Shown: positions 12,231 through 24,880 of the stretch, piece after piece
How positions within the stretch are numbered: position 1 is the first letter of the stretch
Layout of the letters: every line of letters begins with the position of its first letter
Assembly (NCBI GenBank): GCA_050575255.1
Contig: JBNZDD010013494.1
Span: 584,557-648,556, forward strand
Origin: Harriotta raleighana
Taxonomy: Eukaryota
Direction of reading: 5' to 3'
Length of the DNA stretch: 64,000 nt
The notes under the pieces: generated by a model
Told to the model about the DNA's origin: nothing
Database searches by the model: none
The model's input: the letters and a program-made list of their open reading frames with translations, nothing else
Translations under genes and position numbers: made by a program

Positions 12231-15200
12231 TTCGAAGATTTCTCAAGCCTTCATTGACAAGCCTTTGATTTATTGGAGATTCAGATGAATTTTGAAAGTT
12301 GGGGAGGAGGGAAAGGGTTAAACCAGTTTCAGTTTATACTGAGACAGAAGGGATGGCATCACATTCCAGGGCTACACACACACACACAGATAAATGCTAG
12401 CTTTGTGTGGCTCTTGTTCACCCTACAGTCTTCCAGTTTCTTCTGCAAATCAGTGAGCCCATAGGTGCCATGTTGAACTCATGTGAAAATGTTAATTACA
12501 TGAGATAACATTCATACCAGCACTCAAACATGTTTCAGTTCAACTTCTTCCAGTTGCTAGTACCGATGGTGTCTGAAGTCCCTTAGCAGTCTTAAAGGTG
12601 GTAATATAAGCTAAAGTATATTCCCTCCTTAATAGTTTTGAAAAAGATTTTCACGAGTGTCGGACATCCGGGCTAACTCTCAAAACGGTAAAAGGTTTAC
12701 ATTTTCTTCCGTCTGATAAAACAATGTCAGAATGGAAGACCCGCTTCAAGTTCTACGTACACCAGGTCTGTCTTCTGTGTGTAGCACAGAGCAGATCTCA
12801 GCTAACCCACCAACCATCCGTCAGTGCTTCAGAACATGTCAGTGCCAAGTTTGACTGAAATTATAATAATAAATAATAATAATCCTTGCATTTGATATAG
12901 CGCTTTTCACATCTTATCGACATCACAAAGCGCTTCACAGAATATACTGTAAAGTGAATTGACTGTATATTTGTGGGCGAAACGCGCAGCCAATTGCGCA
13001 CAGCAGCGTCCCACAAACAGTCGGGGATTGAAATGACCAATTTTTTATTGTTGTGGGTGTTTTTTTTGGAGGGATTATTATTAGGTGTGTGGAGTAAGGA
13101 AATTTGCCCAAGGTTTCGCCCTGATCTGCCTGGATTCGAACACAGGTCTCATCCTCATAAGGCGAGTGCTCCAACAGAAGCAACAGGAGCTCCAAATTTA
13201 TTCCCCTTTGCTCAGAGAAACACACCTTATTGGAGGTCCGCGTTCACCCTCGACTCCAGGACTACTGGCGTTCTGACTGTGTATCTGATCGACATAGAGT
13301 CCTGGCCGAGGGCCAACTTCCTCCAACTCAATGTCAACAAGACGGAGGCCCTTCTGATTGGCTCACATCAGCGCCTCTGTACCTCAGGCATTGACAACAT
13401 CAGCATTCAAGGCTGCTCTCTCCACCTCTCAAAGCCAGTCAGGAATCTGGGCTTTTTATTTGACCCCGAACTGTCCTTCCTCCCTCATATCTGCTCCCTA
13501 ACCAGTATTGCTTTCCACCAACTCCGCAATATTGCCAGGCTCCACCACTACCCCACCCCCCATGCCGACAAAACCTTAATTCACGCCTTTATCACTTCCA
13601 GGCTTGACTACGGGAACTCTCTCCTCGTTGGCCTTCCCAACTCCTTCCTTCACAGGCTGCAGATCATTCAGAATTCTGCAGCTCATGTACTCTCCCGCAC
13701 CAGGCTTCGTGACCACATCACTCCCACCCTTGCCCGTCTCCACCAGCTCCCCATCCCCCAGAGGATCGAATTCCAGATCCTTGTACTCACTTTCAGGGCC
13801 ATTCACGGCCTTGCCCCTGCCTATCTCTCTGACCTGTTGTCTCCCTATCAACCTGCCCGTACCCTCCGTTCAGCAGACTCAGGCCTCCTCCGCATCCACC
13901 ACCCTAATCTCCCAACCATCGGTGGCCAGGCTTTCAGCCTCTCTGCTCTGACACTCTGGAACTCCATCCCGCATNATAGTGCCCTCCATGCCAGATGGCG
14001 TCTCAGAGCGCTTCACAATAACGGATCCCAGGGCCGAGCCAGGAAGAGGGGGAAAAAGGTGACAGAAGGAAAGGTCTTCAGCTGAGACCTGAAACTAAGA
14101 AGAGAGGGGACGAGGCGAAGGCAGTGAGGAAGGGAGTTCCAGAGTTTCAGAGTGTAGGGGCTGAAGGTACGGCCTCCACTGGTGGAATGGAGTATTCAGG
14201 GGACAGGGAGGAGGCTAGACCCGGTGGAGCGAAGGCAATGCGTGCTGTTTTGGGGAGAGAGGATGTCAGAGAGGTAGGAGTTGCAAAGGAATGAAGAGAT
14301 TTGAAGATTCGAAGATTTCTCAAGCCTTCATTGACAAGCCTTTGATTTATTGGAGATTCAGATGAATTTTGAAAGTTGGGGAGGAGGGAAAGGGTTAAAC
14401 CAGTTTCAGTTTATACTGAGACAGAAGGGATGGCATCACATTCCAGGGCTACACACACACACACAGATAAATGCTAGCTTTGTGTGGCTCTTGTTCACCC
14501 TACAGTCTTCCAGTTTCTTCTGCAAATCAGTGAGCCCATAGGTGCCATGTTGAACTCATGTGAAAATGTTAATTACATGAGATAACATTCATACCAGCAC
14601 TCAAACATGTTTCAGTTCAACTTCTTCCAGTTGCTAGTACCGATGGTGTCTGAAGTCCCTTAGCAGTCTTAAAGGTGGTAATATAAGATAAAGTATATTC
14701 CCTCCTTAATAGTTTTGAAAAAGATTTTCACGAGTGTCGGACATCCGGGCTAACTCTCAAAACGGTAAAAGGTTTACATTTTCTTCCGTCTGATAAAACA
14801 ATGTCAGAATGGAAGACCCGCTTCAAGTTCTACGTACACCAGGTCTGTCTTCTGTGTGTAGCACAGAGCAGATCTCAGCTAACCCACCAACCATCCGTCA
14901 GTGCTTCAGAACATGTCAGTGCCAAGTTTGACTGAAATTATAATAATAAATAATAATAATCCTTGCATTTGATATAGCGCTTTTCACATCTTATCGACAT
15001 CACAAAGCGCTTCACAGAATATACTGTAAAGTGAATTGACTGTATATTTGTGGGCGAAACGCGCAGCCAATTGCGCACAGCAGCGTCCCACAAACAGTCG
15101 GGGATTGAAATGACCAATTTTTTATTGTTGTGGGTGTTTTTTTTGGAGGGATTATTATTAGGTGTGTGGAGTAAGGAAATTTGCCCAAGGTTTCGCCCTG

Positions 15201-16051
15201 ATCTGCCTGGATTCGAACACAGGTCTCATCCTCATAAGGCGAGTGCTCCAACAGAAGCAACAGGAGCTCCAAATTTATTCCCCTTTGCTCAGAGAAACAC
15301 ACCTTATTGGAGGTCCGCGTTCACCCTCGACTCCAGGACTACTGGCGTTCTGACTGTGTATCTGATCGACATAGAGTCCTGGCCGAGGGCCAACTTCCTC
15401 CAACTCAATGTCAACAAGACGGAGGCCCTTCTGATTGGCTCACATCAGCGCCTCTGTACCTCAGGCATTGACAACATCAGCATTCAAGGCTGCTCTCTCC
15501 ACCTCTCAAAGCCAGTCAGGAATCTGGGCTTTTTATTTGACCCCGAACTGTCCTTCCTCCCTCATATCTGCTCCCTAACCAGTATTGCTTTCCACCAACT
15601 CCGCAATATTGCCAGGCTCCACCACTACCCCACCCCCCATGCCGACAAAACCTTAATTCACGCCTTTATCACTTCCAGGCTTGACTACGGGAACTCTCTC
15701 CTCGTTGGCCTTCCCAACTCCTTCCTTCACAGGCTGCAGATCATTCAGAATTCTGCAGCTCATGTACTCTCCCGCACCAGGCTTCGTGACCACATCACTC
15801 CCACCCTTGCCCGTCTCCACCAGCTCCCCATCCCCCAGAGGATCGAATTCCAGATCCTTGTACTCACTTTCAGGGCCATTCACGGCCTTGCCCCTGCCTA
15901 TCTCTCTGACCTGTTGTCTCCCTATCAACCTGCCCGTACCCTCCGTTCAGCAGACTCAGGCCTCCTCCGCATCCACCACCCTAATCTCCCAACCATCGGT
16001 GGCCAGGCTTTCAGCCTCTCTGCTCTGACACTCTGGAACTCCATCCCGCAT
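11899..16051. repeat. 2076-bp tandem duplication (11899-13974 / 13976-16051) joined by a single N; probable assembly overlap
   Basis: Constant offset of 2077; at least 3 substitutions seen (gagacta/gaggcta, atgggtg/atgcgtg, aagctaa/aagataa); the junction is exactly the N at 13975. Confidence 0.9.
12860..13192 (-). mobile_element. Full-length tRNA-derived SINE (duplicate at about 14937-15269)
   Basis: Reverse complement of the same SINE family, including the B box (GGATTCGAAC on plus). Confidence 0.85.
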
Positions 16052-16288
16052 TCCCTCTGCCTTGCTTCCTCTCTTTCCTCCTTCAAGGCCGGTCTCAAGA
16101 CCTTCCTCTTCGACCGCGCCTTCGGCTCCCCCCCACCTAACTCTTCCCCCTCTCCCACTCTCCTTCCCCCTCCCACTACCCCCGAACCCTCCCCCCCTGC
16201 TCGGGTCCCGACCTGACTGTTCAGAGCTTTGGGATGTCCTCCCGACATGAAAGGCGCTATATAAGTGTAATTTTGTTGTTGTTTTTGT
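15312..16288 (+). mobile_element. Young L2-type LINE 3' ~1 kb with uninterrupted ORF2 C-terminus (5' part duplicated at about 13235-13974)
   Basis: Open frame with NFLQLNVNKTEALLIG, RNLGFLFDPELSF, FITSRLDYGNSLL, LWNSIP, FKAGLKTFLF; intact tail GAAAGGCGCTATATAAGTGTAATTTTGTTGTTG. Confidence 0.92.
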
Positions 16289-17377
16289 TTATCTCAGATG
16301 TGCTTTACATGTGAGAGTAATCCAGGGCTAACTTGATATCAGACAGTAAATTACACAGGGGCGATGCTCTTCATGTAAATTCCAGGCTATTTGCACTCTC
16401 TCTCTCTCTCGCTTTCTCTCTCTCACACACATACACACTCTCTGAAGATGCACAAATTCGAATGTGGGAGCAAATGTGATCGAGAAAGGCTGTGTGTTTT
16501 CATTATTAGCTGTGACAAAACTGAAAGAAATAGTGTTTACTAGTTAGCAGTAATACAGTAGCATCTCAACGGAAGGCTTTTTAACTCTTTTTGTTGCTCT
16601 GTTCCTTATCCAGAAACATGTTTAAAATGACACACTAGGGAACATTTTGATAAAACGCCAATCATGAGCCTGCTTCACTGAAAACTTCTCCACAAAATAT
16701 TATTCCCCTTTAACTCTTTCCAAAATAAATATTCCAGAATAATTTTAAAACGGCCTGGTTTACATTGCAGGGCACGACAACTGTGAGAGTAAAAGAGTAC
16801 TTGCAACCTAAAGAGCATGCAGGCAAGCTGACTACAATTCCATTTGCATAATGCCACGGTGAACTGATTTTACTGACTCTAATCCCCTTGCCAGTTTACA
16901 CTGCAGGGGAACCTCAATTATCCACACCCCAATCTATCCGCCTTCCCAATTATCAAGAAAGTGAATAATCCATGGGATTTGTTTTGTTGTCAGGTCAGAA
17001 AGAGAAAGCACAGTAACAAACTGGTACCAACAAGCAGTGGATTTAAACATTATCATTCCCCCACCCGGGTCTTTTCTCCCGAACAAAAGATTAACATTCC
17101 TTAAATTAGTCACAGATTGGATGATAGTGTGACATTGCGTTTGAGCATCTTTAACTCGTCTATATTCGATATTGCTACATTTAATAAAAAAATTATATTT
17201 ATTCGACCAATTCCAATTGGGTGGTGGGGGGCGAGAAATTAAAAAGACTGAAAGGAAAGGATGCATTTTATTACTAAATGTTGTTCGATATTCATATAAA
17301 GTACACTGTAATCCCGACAAAAATAAATAGATTCCATGGTTGTGTGACTGATTTGATTGACTCCCCTTCAGACAGAC

Positions 17378-17682
17378 CAGTGGTTCTCAACCTTTTTCAG
17401 TAATGATCCCCTTGTTAATTTTCAACATTATCGTGTACCCCCACTCAACCACATGCACACACACACCACCCACTTCATTCCACTTGCATTTTATGACCAA
17501 GCTTTTCTTATATAACAAAATAACTAGCACATACAAAATGAGGGGAATAACAATTAAATATACATTTTGGAAGGCTATAAAACGCTAAATAAGAGCTAAA
17601 TAAATCAATGTACCATCACCTCTACCCACTGGAAGTATTTTGTACTCTCTGGGGTACATGTACCCCTGGTTGAGAACTGCTG
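17378..17682. mobile_element. hAT (Charlie/MER5-like) MITE
   Basis: TIRs CAGTGGTTCTCAACC and GGTTGAGAACTGCTG; 8-bp flanks AGACAGAC/AGAAAGAG (6/8 identical). Confidence 0.75.
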
Positions 17683-18175
17683 AGAAAGAGTATATTCATT
17701 TACTGTACTTGCTCTGGCTTTGATCAACCTTAATTATCTATTTTCAATTATACTCAATAATTATTTCAATCCCCTTTCCAAGGGATGATTAATAACAAAT
17801 TGAGATTAAGAGCAATCGGTTGATATATATTTTAATACCAACCTAATCTGATCTGCAATCCGAAAATACCTATTTAAATTGGGCTGAATTTATATTTGAA
17901 CTCTGAATTCCTGCTATCTGTCCAACTAACAGTTTGTTCAAAGATCATTTATTTCTACAATAACTGAATAACAGTTCACCATTTTATCACTCATGACCCA
18001 ACCACGTCTGCTGAACTAAAGATATTTTTAAGGTTAACACTGTACAATACTATCAGCAATAATTACATTCAGCCCAAACAGAACCATCTGATTAAAAAGC
18101 TTCAACAGATTATGTGTGCAGTCTATGCAGTTAACTGTTCCGAATTTAACTTCTACCTGAATTCCTAACCAAATT

Positions 18176-18515
18176 AATAATAATACTTGAATTTGATAGT
18201 GCCTTATCACGTCGTTGAGATGTCTCAAAGCGATTCACAGAATATACTGTAAAATGAATTGACTGTATATTTTGTGGGTGAAACGCAGCAGCCAATTGCA
18301 CACAAGTGGCCACAAACAGTTGTGGATTGAGTGACCAATTTTTTTTGAAGTGATTATTATCCGCGGAAAGTGATCCACTAGTCGACCAACAACCGGGTTC
18401 CTACTTGCTGCTGGGTAAACAGAGGCGTGTGGAGTAATGAAACTTGCCTAAGGTTTCACCCCACCTGGGATTCGAATCAGGATCCTCTTACTTGCGAGCC
18501 GAGTGCTCTAACCAA
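18176..18515 (-). mobile_element. tRNA-derived SINE, long variant with an extra internal segment
   Basis: Same head, body and tail as other copies plus about 60 extra nt at 18361-18425. Confidence 0.8.
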
Positions 18516-20166
18516 TCCACGACCAGATTCCAACGAATTATCATGGTAAAAGTGCGATTTTCAAAAAACATTTTGGGGAATATGAATGCTGCAGATTGAG
18601 GCTCCCGGGTATTTTGTTTTTGGGAGATTTATTTATCGAATGGATTCGCTCTACGACTGTACATTCCTTTGGTCATTTTCATTCGTTATCGGGCAGGCAC
18701 ATTTTATTCAGTGCAGAGTTGCTCCTCATTAACTGTGGCCTGGCGTTTTGTGGCTGTGCCACTATTCCCCGATTTGTTACCAAACTTAAAATGATTTCTG
18801 TTTGGTGCGGAAGCTGACTTGTAGCCTTCAGTTAGCGTGGGAACCACCAGATGGGGTCTTTTGACGGAGGTCAGCAGGGAGGCTGCTGCTGTATAGAGGA
18901 GGTGGAGCTGAGCACTGTGCTTTCAGGAATAACAACACGGCTTTGTTTGGCCAAGGGGTAGTTATCAGCTTTGCTGTATTAAAACCTAATTAAGATGTGT
19001 GCCAGTAAATGGAGGGCAGTTATTGGATTTGTTAGTTTAGCTGTTGGACGTTGATATAATTTAATCAGCCCCCTATAGTGAACTCTGCCTTGCAGAATCT
19101 GTGTGTGTGCGTGTGTGTATGTGTGTGTGTGGGAGGGGTGGGGGGTGTTTAAGGCAGGCTTTCGTGACAAACAAAGGCTATGTATAAATTATAGCTTTAA
19201 CGTTAAAAAAAGTCAATCACTGACAACCATGAATGGAGAAAAACATAACCGCCCCTTGGAGTACTGGATTTTCTTGCTTCTTTCTCATTTTGAATATGAA
19301 TCTATAACTGTTTCTTGGCCCTGAAAGTATACAGTTAATTCACTTTACAGTATACAACAACAAAATTTGATGTTTAGAGCGCCTTTCTCACCGGGACGAC
19401 GTCCGAAAGCGCTATATTCACTATATTCTGTGAAGCATTTTGAGACATCTCAAAGACGTGATAAGGCGCTATATGAAACTCAAGAGTTGTTATATTATTA
19501 TTATATAAATTTAGAATACTAAGTATTGAAAAATCCAATAATAATAGCATTTATTCATTCATTTATTTATTTATTTATATAGCGCCTTTCACGTCAGGAG
19601 GACGTCCCATTGGTATTGCAATATATGATATAGCACCTTATCACATTGTCAAGATATCTCAAAATGCTTCGTAGAATTTTAAAGTGAATTGACTGTATAT
19701 TTGTGGGCGAATACAGTCACTGTGTATTTCTAGATTAACAACAAGGTGCCAATTTGTGAAGCATTGTTCAGCAACCCACAAACAGCCATGAAGTGAATAA
19801 CTAATTTGATTTGGGGAATTATTGTCAAAAATACAACAACAATAGATTCCATTTATGTGGTGCCTTTCGTAGGGGGGGGACATCCCAAGGCACTGGGCAG
19901 TTGCACCTGAGCTGGGGGTTGGATTCGGACGCGTTGAGGAACAGTGGGGGTGGGAAGATGACCAAATTCATGGTCATGGAGGAAGATTGTGAAATGGGCC
20001 TATATAAATGTCATTTGTTGTTGTTGAAGTAGACTAAGGAAGGGGTGAGAGTAAATGGACTCAGAGGGTGGAGACATAATGGCTGAACAGGGATGTGAAA
20101 CAGAGGGAGTGGGCAGATTGGTAGAGTGAATACTGGAAGAATACAGGCGTTGAGTCCTGCAGGTAC

Positions 20167-20456
20167 AGTCCTGTAGCTCAATGGTTAGAGCACTCACCTT
20201 ACAAGCGAGAGACCTGGGTTCAATTCCAGGCAGGGCGAAGTCTTGGCCAAATTTCTTTCCTCCACCCTCCTAATAATAATTCCCCCCCAAAATTGGCAAT
20301 TTCAATCCACTTGTGGGACACTGCTGTGCGCAATTGGCTGCTGCATTTCGCCCACAAATATAGAGTCAATTCACTTTATAGTATACTCAGCGAAGCTCTT
20401 TGAAACGTCTAAAAGACATGAAAAGCACTATATCAAATGCAAGGATTATTATTATT
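20167..20456 (+). mobile_element. Full-length tRNA-derived SINE
   Basis: TAGCTCAATGG A box, GGTTCAATTCC B box, (ATT)n tail. Confidence 0.88.
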
Positions 20457-21625
20457 AATAGAATAGGACATGGGGAAAGATTCCCTTCTCATTTCAAATA
20501 GTGCCATGAGATCTTTTAATGTCCATCTCTACAAACAGATGGGATCTTGGTTTAATGTCTCATCTGGAACAATTAGTCAGTGTAATATTAGAGCCCCATT
20601 TGCTTAAAACTCAGTGCAGGCACACCTTCGAACTTAAAACAAGACTGATACCAGCTCATGACTTTTCTGGTGACCTTCACTGTTCAAATTAAAATAAAAT
20701 GGGGAAACTACTCAGCCACCATGTTTATCGAGATATTGTAACTACTGTATGTGGAAAGTTTATTTACAAATGCAAGAGAAAAGTGGATATCAATGTTGCC
20801 ATGTATTTTGCAGGTTTATCTGTGGGTATTTAATTACGCAATTTAATTAAGTATCAATTTTTTTAAAATAGGTCACTTTCATTGAAGATTAATAAGTAAA
20901 TTGCACATAAGATTTTTTTAAAAAAAACTTTTCTTTCTATCATTGCGCTATGGATACAACAGCAGTTTCCTTGGTAGCTACCAGTAGGTTGCCAGCTCCT
21001 TCACAGTGATTCCTGTGTACATTGCTGCAGAGTAACAGGGAGCAGCCAAATCCTGGTGTTCCTGCTGTGTTAATGAACCCCGGCCGTGGTTTTAGCGAGG
21101 CATAGCATGGCAAGCCTTTCCCCAGCATGAGGCCATGTTTGCACAAGTGTATGAGTAATAAACAATATCTTACAGGAACCAGGCAGCAGAGGTCTGAAAA
21201 CTACTATATATCTGGATCCATGAATAAACAAGGGCCGATTGGAGGATAAATAAGTGCTGACCAGAGAATTTTTTTCACCAAAGACAACTTCCACTTGAGT
21301 CACAATTTGTGATTGTTTGGGATCAAAGTGGTTTTTATTTTCAAATTTTTATTTCAAGGATTTTGGGGGAAGGAGGCATTAAGCATTTGAATATTTTATA
21401 TTTCTCCTTGATCAAATACAGTACTTTTATTTTCTTTTGTCCCAAGCACTGTGTGCCCAAATGGCATTATTTTAAGTCATGTTGTAGATTTAAAGTAATA
21501 CGTTTTAACCACCATTTATCCAATTGTTTTAAACATTGCAATTATCCTGCTCAATGGCCATGTGTGGTATAAATCAAGGTTGAATGAGGTGGTTTCAGGG
21601 CCAATTTGATTGGAATCCACTGCAT

Positions 21626-21703
21626 TGTGTGTATGTGTGTGTTTGTGTGTATGTGAGTGTGTGTGTGTGTGCATGTGAGTGTGTGTTGTGTGTGTGTGTG
21701 TGT
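21626..21703. repeat. Imperfect (TG)n microsatellite
   Basis: Seen directly. Confidence 0.9.
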
Positions 21704-23288
21704 GATGTAAGTCACAATGGGCTTGTTCCCCTAACGGTCAATGGAAAGCTTCCAGGTGGTCTAATTACCCCCCCAGGAACTCTCAAACAGACCGTTTTGT
21801 AATATTAATTTAAAGAGTTGGTTTGCATGGCAGCTCTCAAGTCATTTAAACAAAAACCACCTGATTTCAGAGGTCTGTGCAGGCACGCAGAACTACAGAA
21901 TCAGTTTGTTGATATCTTAACGGTGTTCTATTTAGACCAGGAAGTGCAAATCAGACTTCCCACTCCCAGTAATATAAACACAGTACAATGTAAGTTTGAT
22001 TGCTATTACCTGTCGTCCCAAACCAAGCAGATGACTTGCTCCTGGTCTCTGGTAAAGCAGCTCCTCCAGCAACCACGAGGGGGAGATCCAGAACAGCCTT
22101 AGATTGATTGTCCCTTGGTCTGGGCCGGATTATTATGGACCTGCCACAGTGACATGGCTAAGATTGGAAACACAGCACATGGGTGGAGAGAAGCCTGAGT
22201 GTTATCGTAGCCTGCTTCAATTTGTCTGTAACATTTTTCACTCTGACCTGTGCGCACATTAACAATACAATACAAATTGACATTTTCGTGTCAAATTGAC
22301 ATTTTCTGTGCCTGACGCATTGAGTATTCTCCAGCATTTCTGGTAAAGAAAGAAGCACTATTGCCATGTGAGAAGAGCCAGGTGTCCTTTGATTCACTGC
22401 AAGGGACAATTGTGTGCTTTGGCAGCTTTTAATAAAATAATAAGAATTCTTATCCTTTTAAATAGAACCTCATCAGTTCATCGAAACATCTCAAAGCGAT
22501 AGACAGGATTTATCATCGAATCATAGAATTTACGGCACAAAAGGAGGCCATTTGGCCCATCTAGTCTGTGCCGGCATTTACTGTAAGATGTAATGACAGT
22601 ATAAGTGTCGGAGATCTTATCTCCAAATAAAGATTGGAATAACAAGAAAATGGAAGCTGGATAGCCCGCTGAAGTGTTAAAAATAGGCATCTCAACTTTG
22701 CTCATTGACAAGTATACAAATTGCTTTTCAAATTAAAATAAAATGGGAAGTTTGTCTGAGACGTCATTGGGCGTGGAGGGCGCTGTATACATGCCAGTTG
22801 TTGTTGTTGTCGAGACAGATCCAACCTATCCATTATTGTAAGCCAAACTATAGCACAAAGTCCCCCCACAAAGTCCCCCCACAAACATTTGCACTAGTCT
22901 TCCAAAATCTCTTTTGGATGGTAGTTTTTTCTTGATTGAATATTTCTTGATTTATGGCGTAAGATATTTTCAATCAAGAATCTTTATTTTGTTGGCTGAC
23001 CAAGAAGATTGGCTTTAGATCTTCAATTGCACGATTGAGAACCTCCTTACAGCACTAAACCTGCTTAAATTACTATGGATATGCCTGGCTTTAATTGTCA
23101 GACATATCTATGCGCAGGCAGTTTAAAGACCCTGCTTCACCTTTCAGACTCTTTCCACCCCTACATATTATTCAGACACACTGCTCATTTTACTAAAGAT
23201 ACTGGCTAAAGACTCAGCCATCAATGGTCTGTGGAGGAAGTGAGGAACAAATTACAGCCGCAAGACATTGAGACTAAAGAGAGAACAA

Positions 23289-23760
23289 GAACAACAAACA
23301 CAACAAAATTACATTTACAGAGCGCCTTTTATGTTGGGAGGATGTCCCAAGGTGCTGAACAGTCAGGTCGGGACCCGAGCAGGGAAGAAGGGCAGGGTAG
23401 GGGGGAAGGCGCGGGAGAGAGTTAAGAGGGGAGGGAGAGAGTTGGAGGGGCAGCAGAAAGCACGATCAGAGAGGAGTCTCTCTGCCCCCACACTCTGGAA
23501 CTCCATCCCACATTCCCTTCGCCTCGCTTCCTCCCTTTCCTCCATTAAGGCTGGTCTCAAGACCTTCCTTTTCGACTGTGCTTTCTGATACCCTCCTAAC
23601 TTTTCCCCCCCTTTCCTACTCCTACCCCCGCCCCTAACCCAACCCNNNNNNNNNNNNNNNNNNNNCCCCCCCCCCACTCGGGTCCCGACCTAGCTGTTCA
23701 GAGCCTTGGGATGTCCTCCCGATGTGAAAGGCACTCTATAAATATAATTTTGTTGTTCTT
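23289..23760. mobile_element. Two L2-type 3' ends fused head-to-head (minus about 23289-23477, plus about 23478-23760)
   Basis: (CAA)-tailed minus copy abuts a plus copy ending in TTTTGTTGTT; a short N run lies inside the plus copy. Confidence 0.8.
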
Positions 23761-24252
23761 CCTGCCCCTTCTCATCCATTCTTGAACTTAGTTTCTTCTC
23801 CACAGTACAACCTCTCACAGCCACTACCAATAAAGTAAGGAAGTCACTGACGTTCACTATATTATTGCAGACTTGATTCACCTGACATCAAACCTTTGCT
23901 TGTCATCAAATTTCCTGGCTCAGCATTCCCCAGCAATCCCAACACACAAGATGTACAATACTTAATAGGAAAATGGGCTTTTAAAAAGCTCTATTTCTCT
24001 TGCAAATGGAGTGTCTGCATAATTGATGCTCTTCTCAGTGGACATCACTGTAAAGTGAAATTGGTATTAAACACAAAACATTTAGCTCAAGGCTGAACCA
24101 AATTGATTTCAGAAGGAGTTCTTAGTTCTTATCCAAGAGCAGTTCTTATTTCCGTACCTTTAAGCAGACCCGTAAATGCTTGCATCTCATAGCAGATGGT
24201 CGATTGATCAACTCGACATTCGCTGTGCAGTTCGAACTGCAGCATTCGCTGT

Positions 24253-24567
24253 AATAATAATAATCTTTGCATTTGATATAACGCTTTTCACAATCTTATT
24301 GACGTCTCAAAGCGCTTCATACAATATACTGTAAAATGAATTGACTGTATGTTTATGGGCGAAACGCAGCAGCGAATTGCGCACAGCAGTGTCCCACAAA
24401 CAGATGTGGATTACATTTTTTTTATTATTGTGTTTTTTTTGGACGGATTAATATTAGGCATGTGGAGTAAGGAAACTTGCCCAAGGTTTCGCCCTGATCT
24501 GCCTGGATTTGAACACGGGTCTCACGCTTGTAAGGCGAATGCTCTAACCACTGAGCTACAGGAGCTG
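24253..24567 (-). mobile_element. Full-length tRNA-derived SINE
   Basis: Reverse-complement SINE with head GCTCTAACCACTGAGCTACAGGAG. Confidence 0.88.
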
Positions 24568-24607
24568 TACAACTGAGTCCTCTTAAAATTGCACCCTCAA
24601 ATCCTTT

Positions 24608-24880
24608 CCATAGAATCATAGAAGTATACAGCACCTTGTCTGTGCCAGCTCTTTGAAAAGAACTGTCCAAATCAATCCCACTCCCCCACTCTCTCTCCAC
24701 AGCCCTGCAAACCTGTCCTCCTCAAATAACTATCTACTTCCCTTTTAATTTTTTTTATCAAATCGGTTTACACCACGCTTTCGGGTGATGCATTCCGCTG
24801 CGTGAAAAATTTTCTCCTCACCTCCCCTCTGTTTCTTTCAACAACTATTTTAAATTGGTGTCTTTGGATAACTGACCTAC
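24608..24880 (-). mobile_element. CR1-type LINE 3' end
   Basis: CATAGAATCATAGAA tail repeats and CR1-like 3' sequence. Confidence 0.65.

Noticed and set aside
11899-16051. 2-kb tandem duplication as a biological event
   Set aside because: The junction is exactly a single N and the copies differ at only a few bases; typical unmerged contig/haplotype overlap.
12973-16216. 370-aa and 388-aa ORFs as novel genes
   Set aside because: Chance fusion of an antisense SINE with L2 ORF2; the first ORF also reads through the N junction of an assembly duplication.
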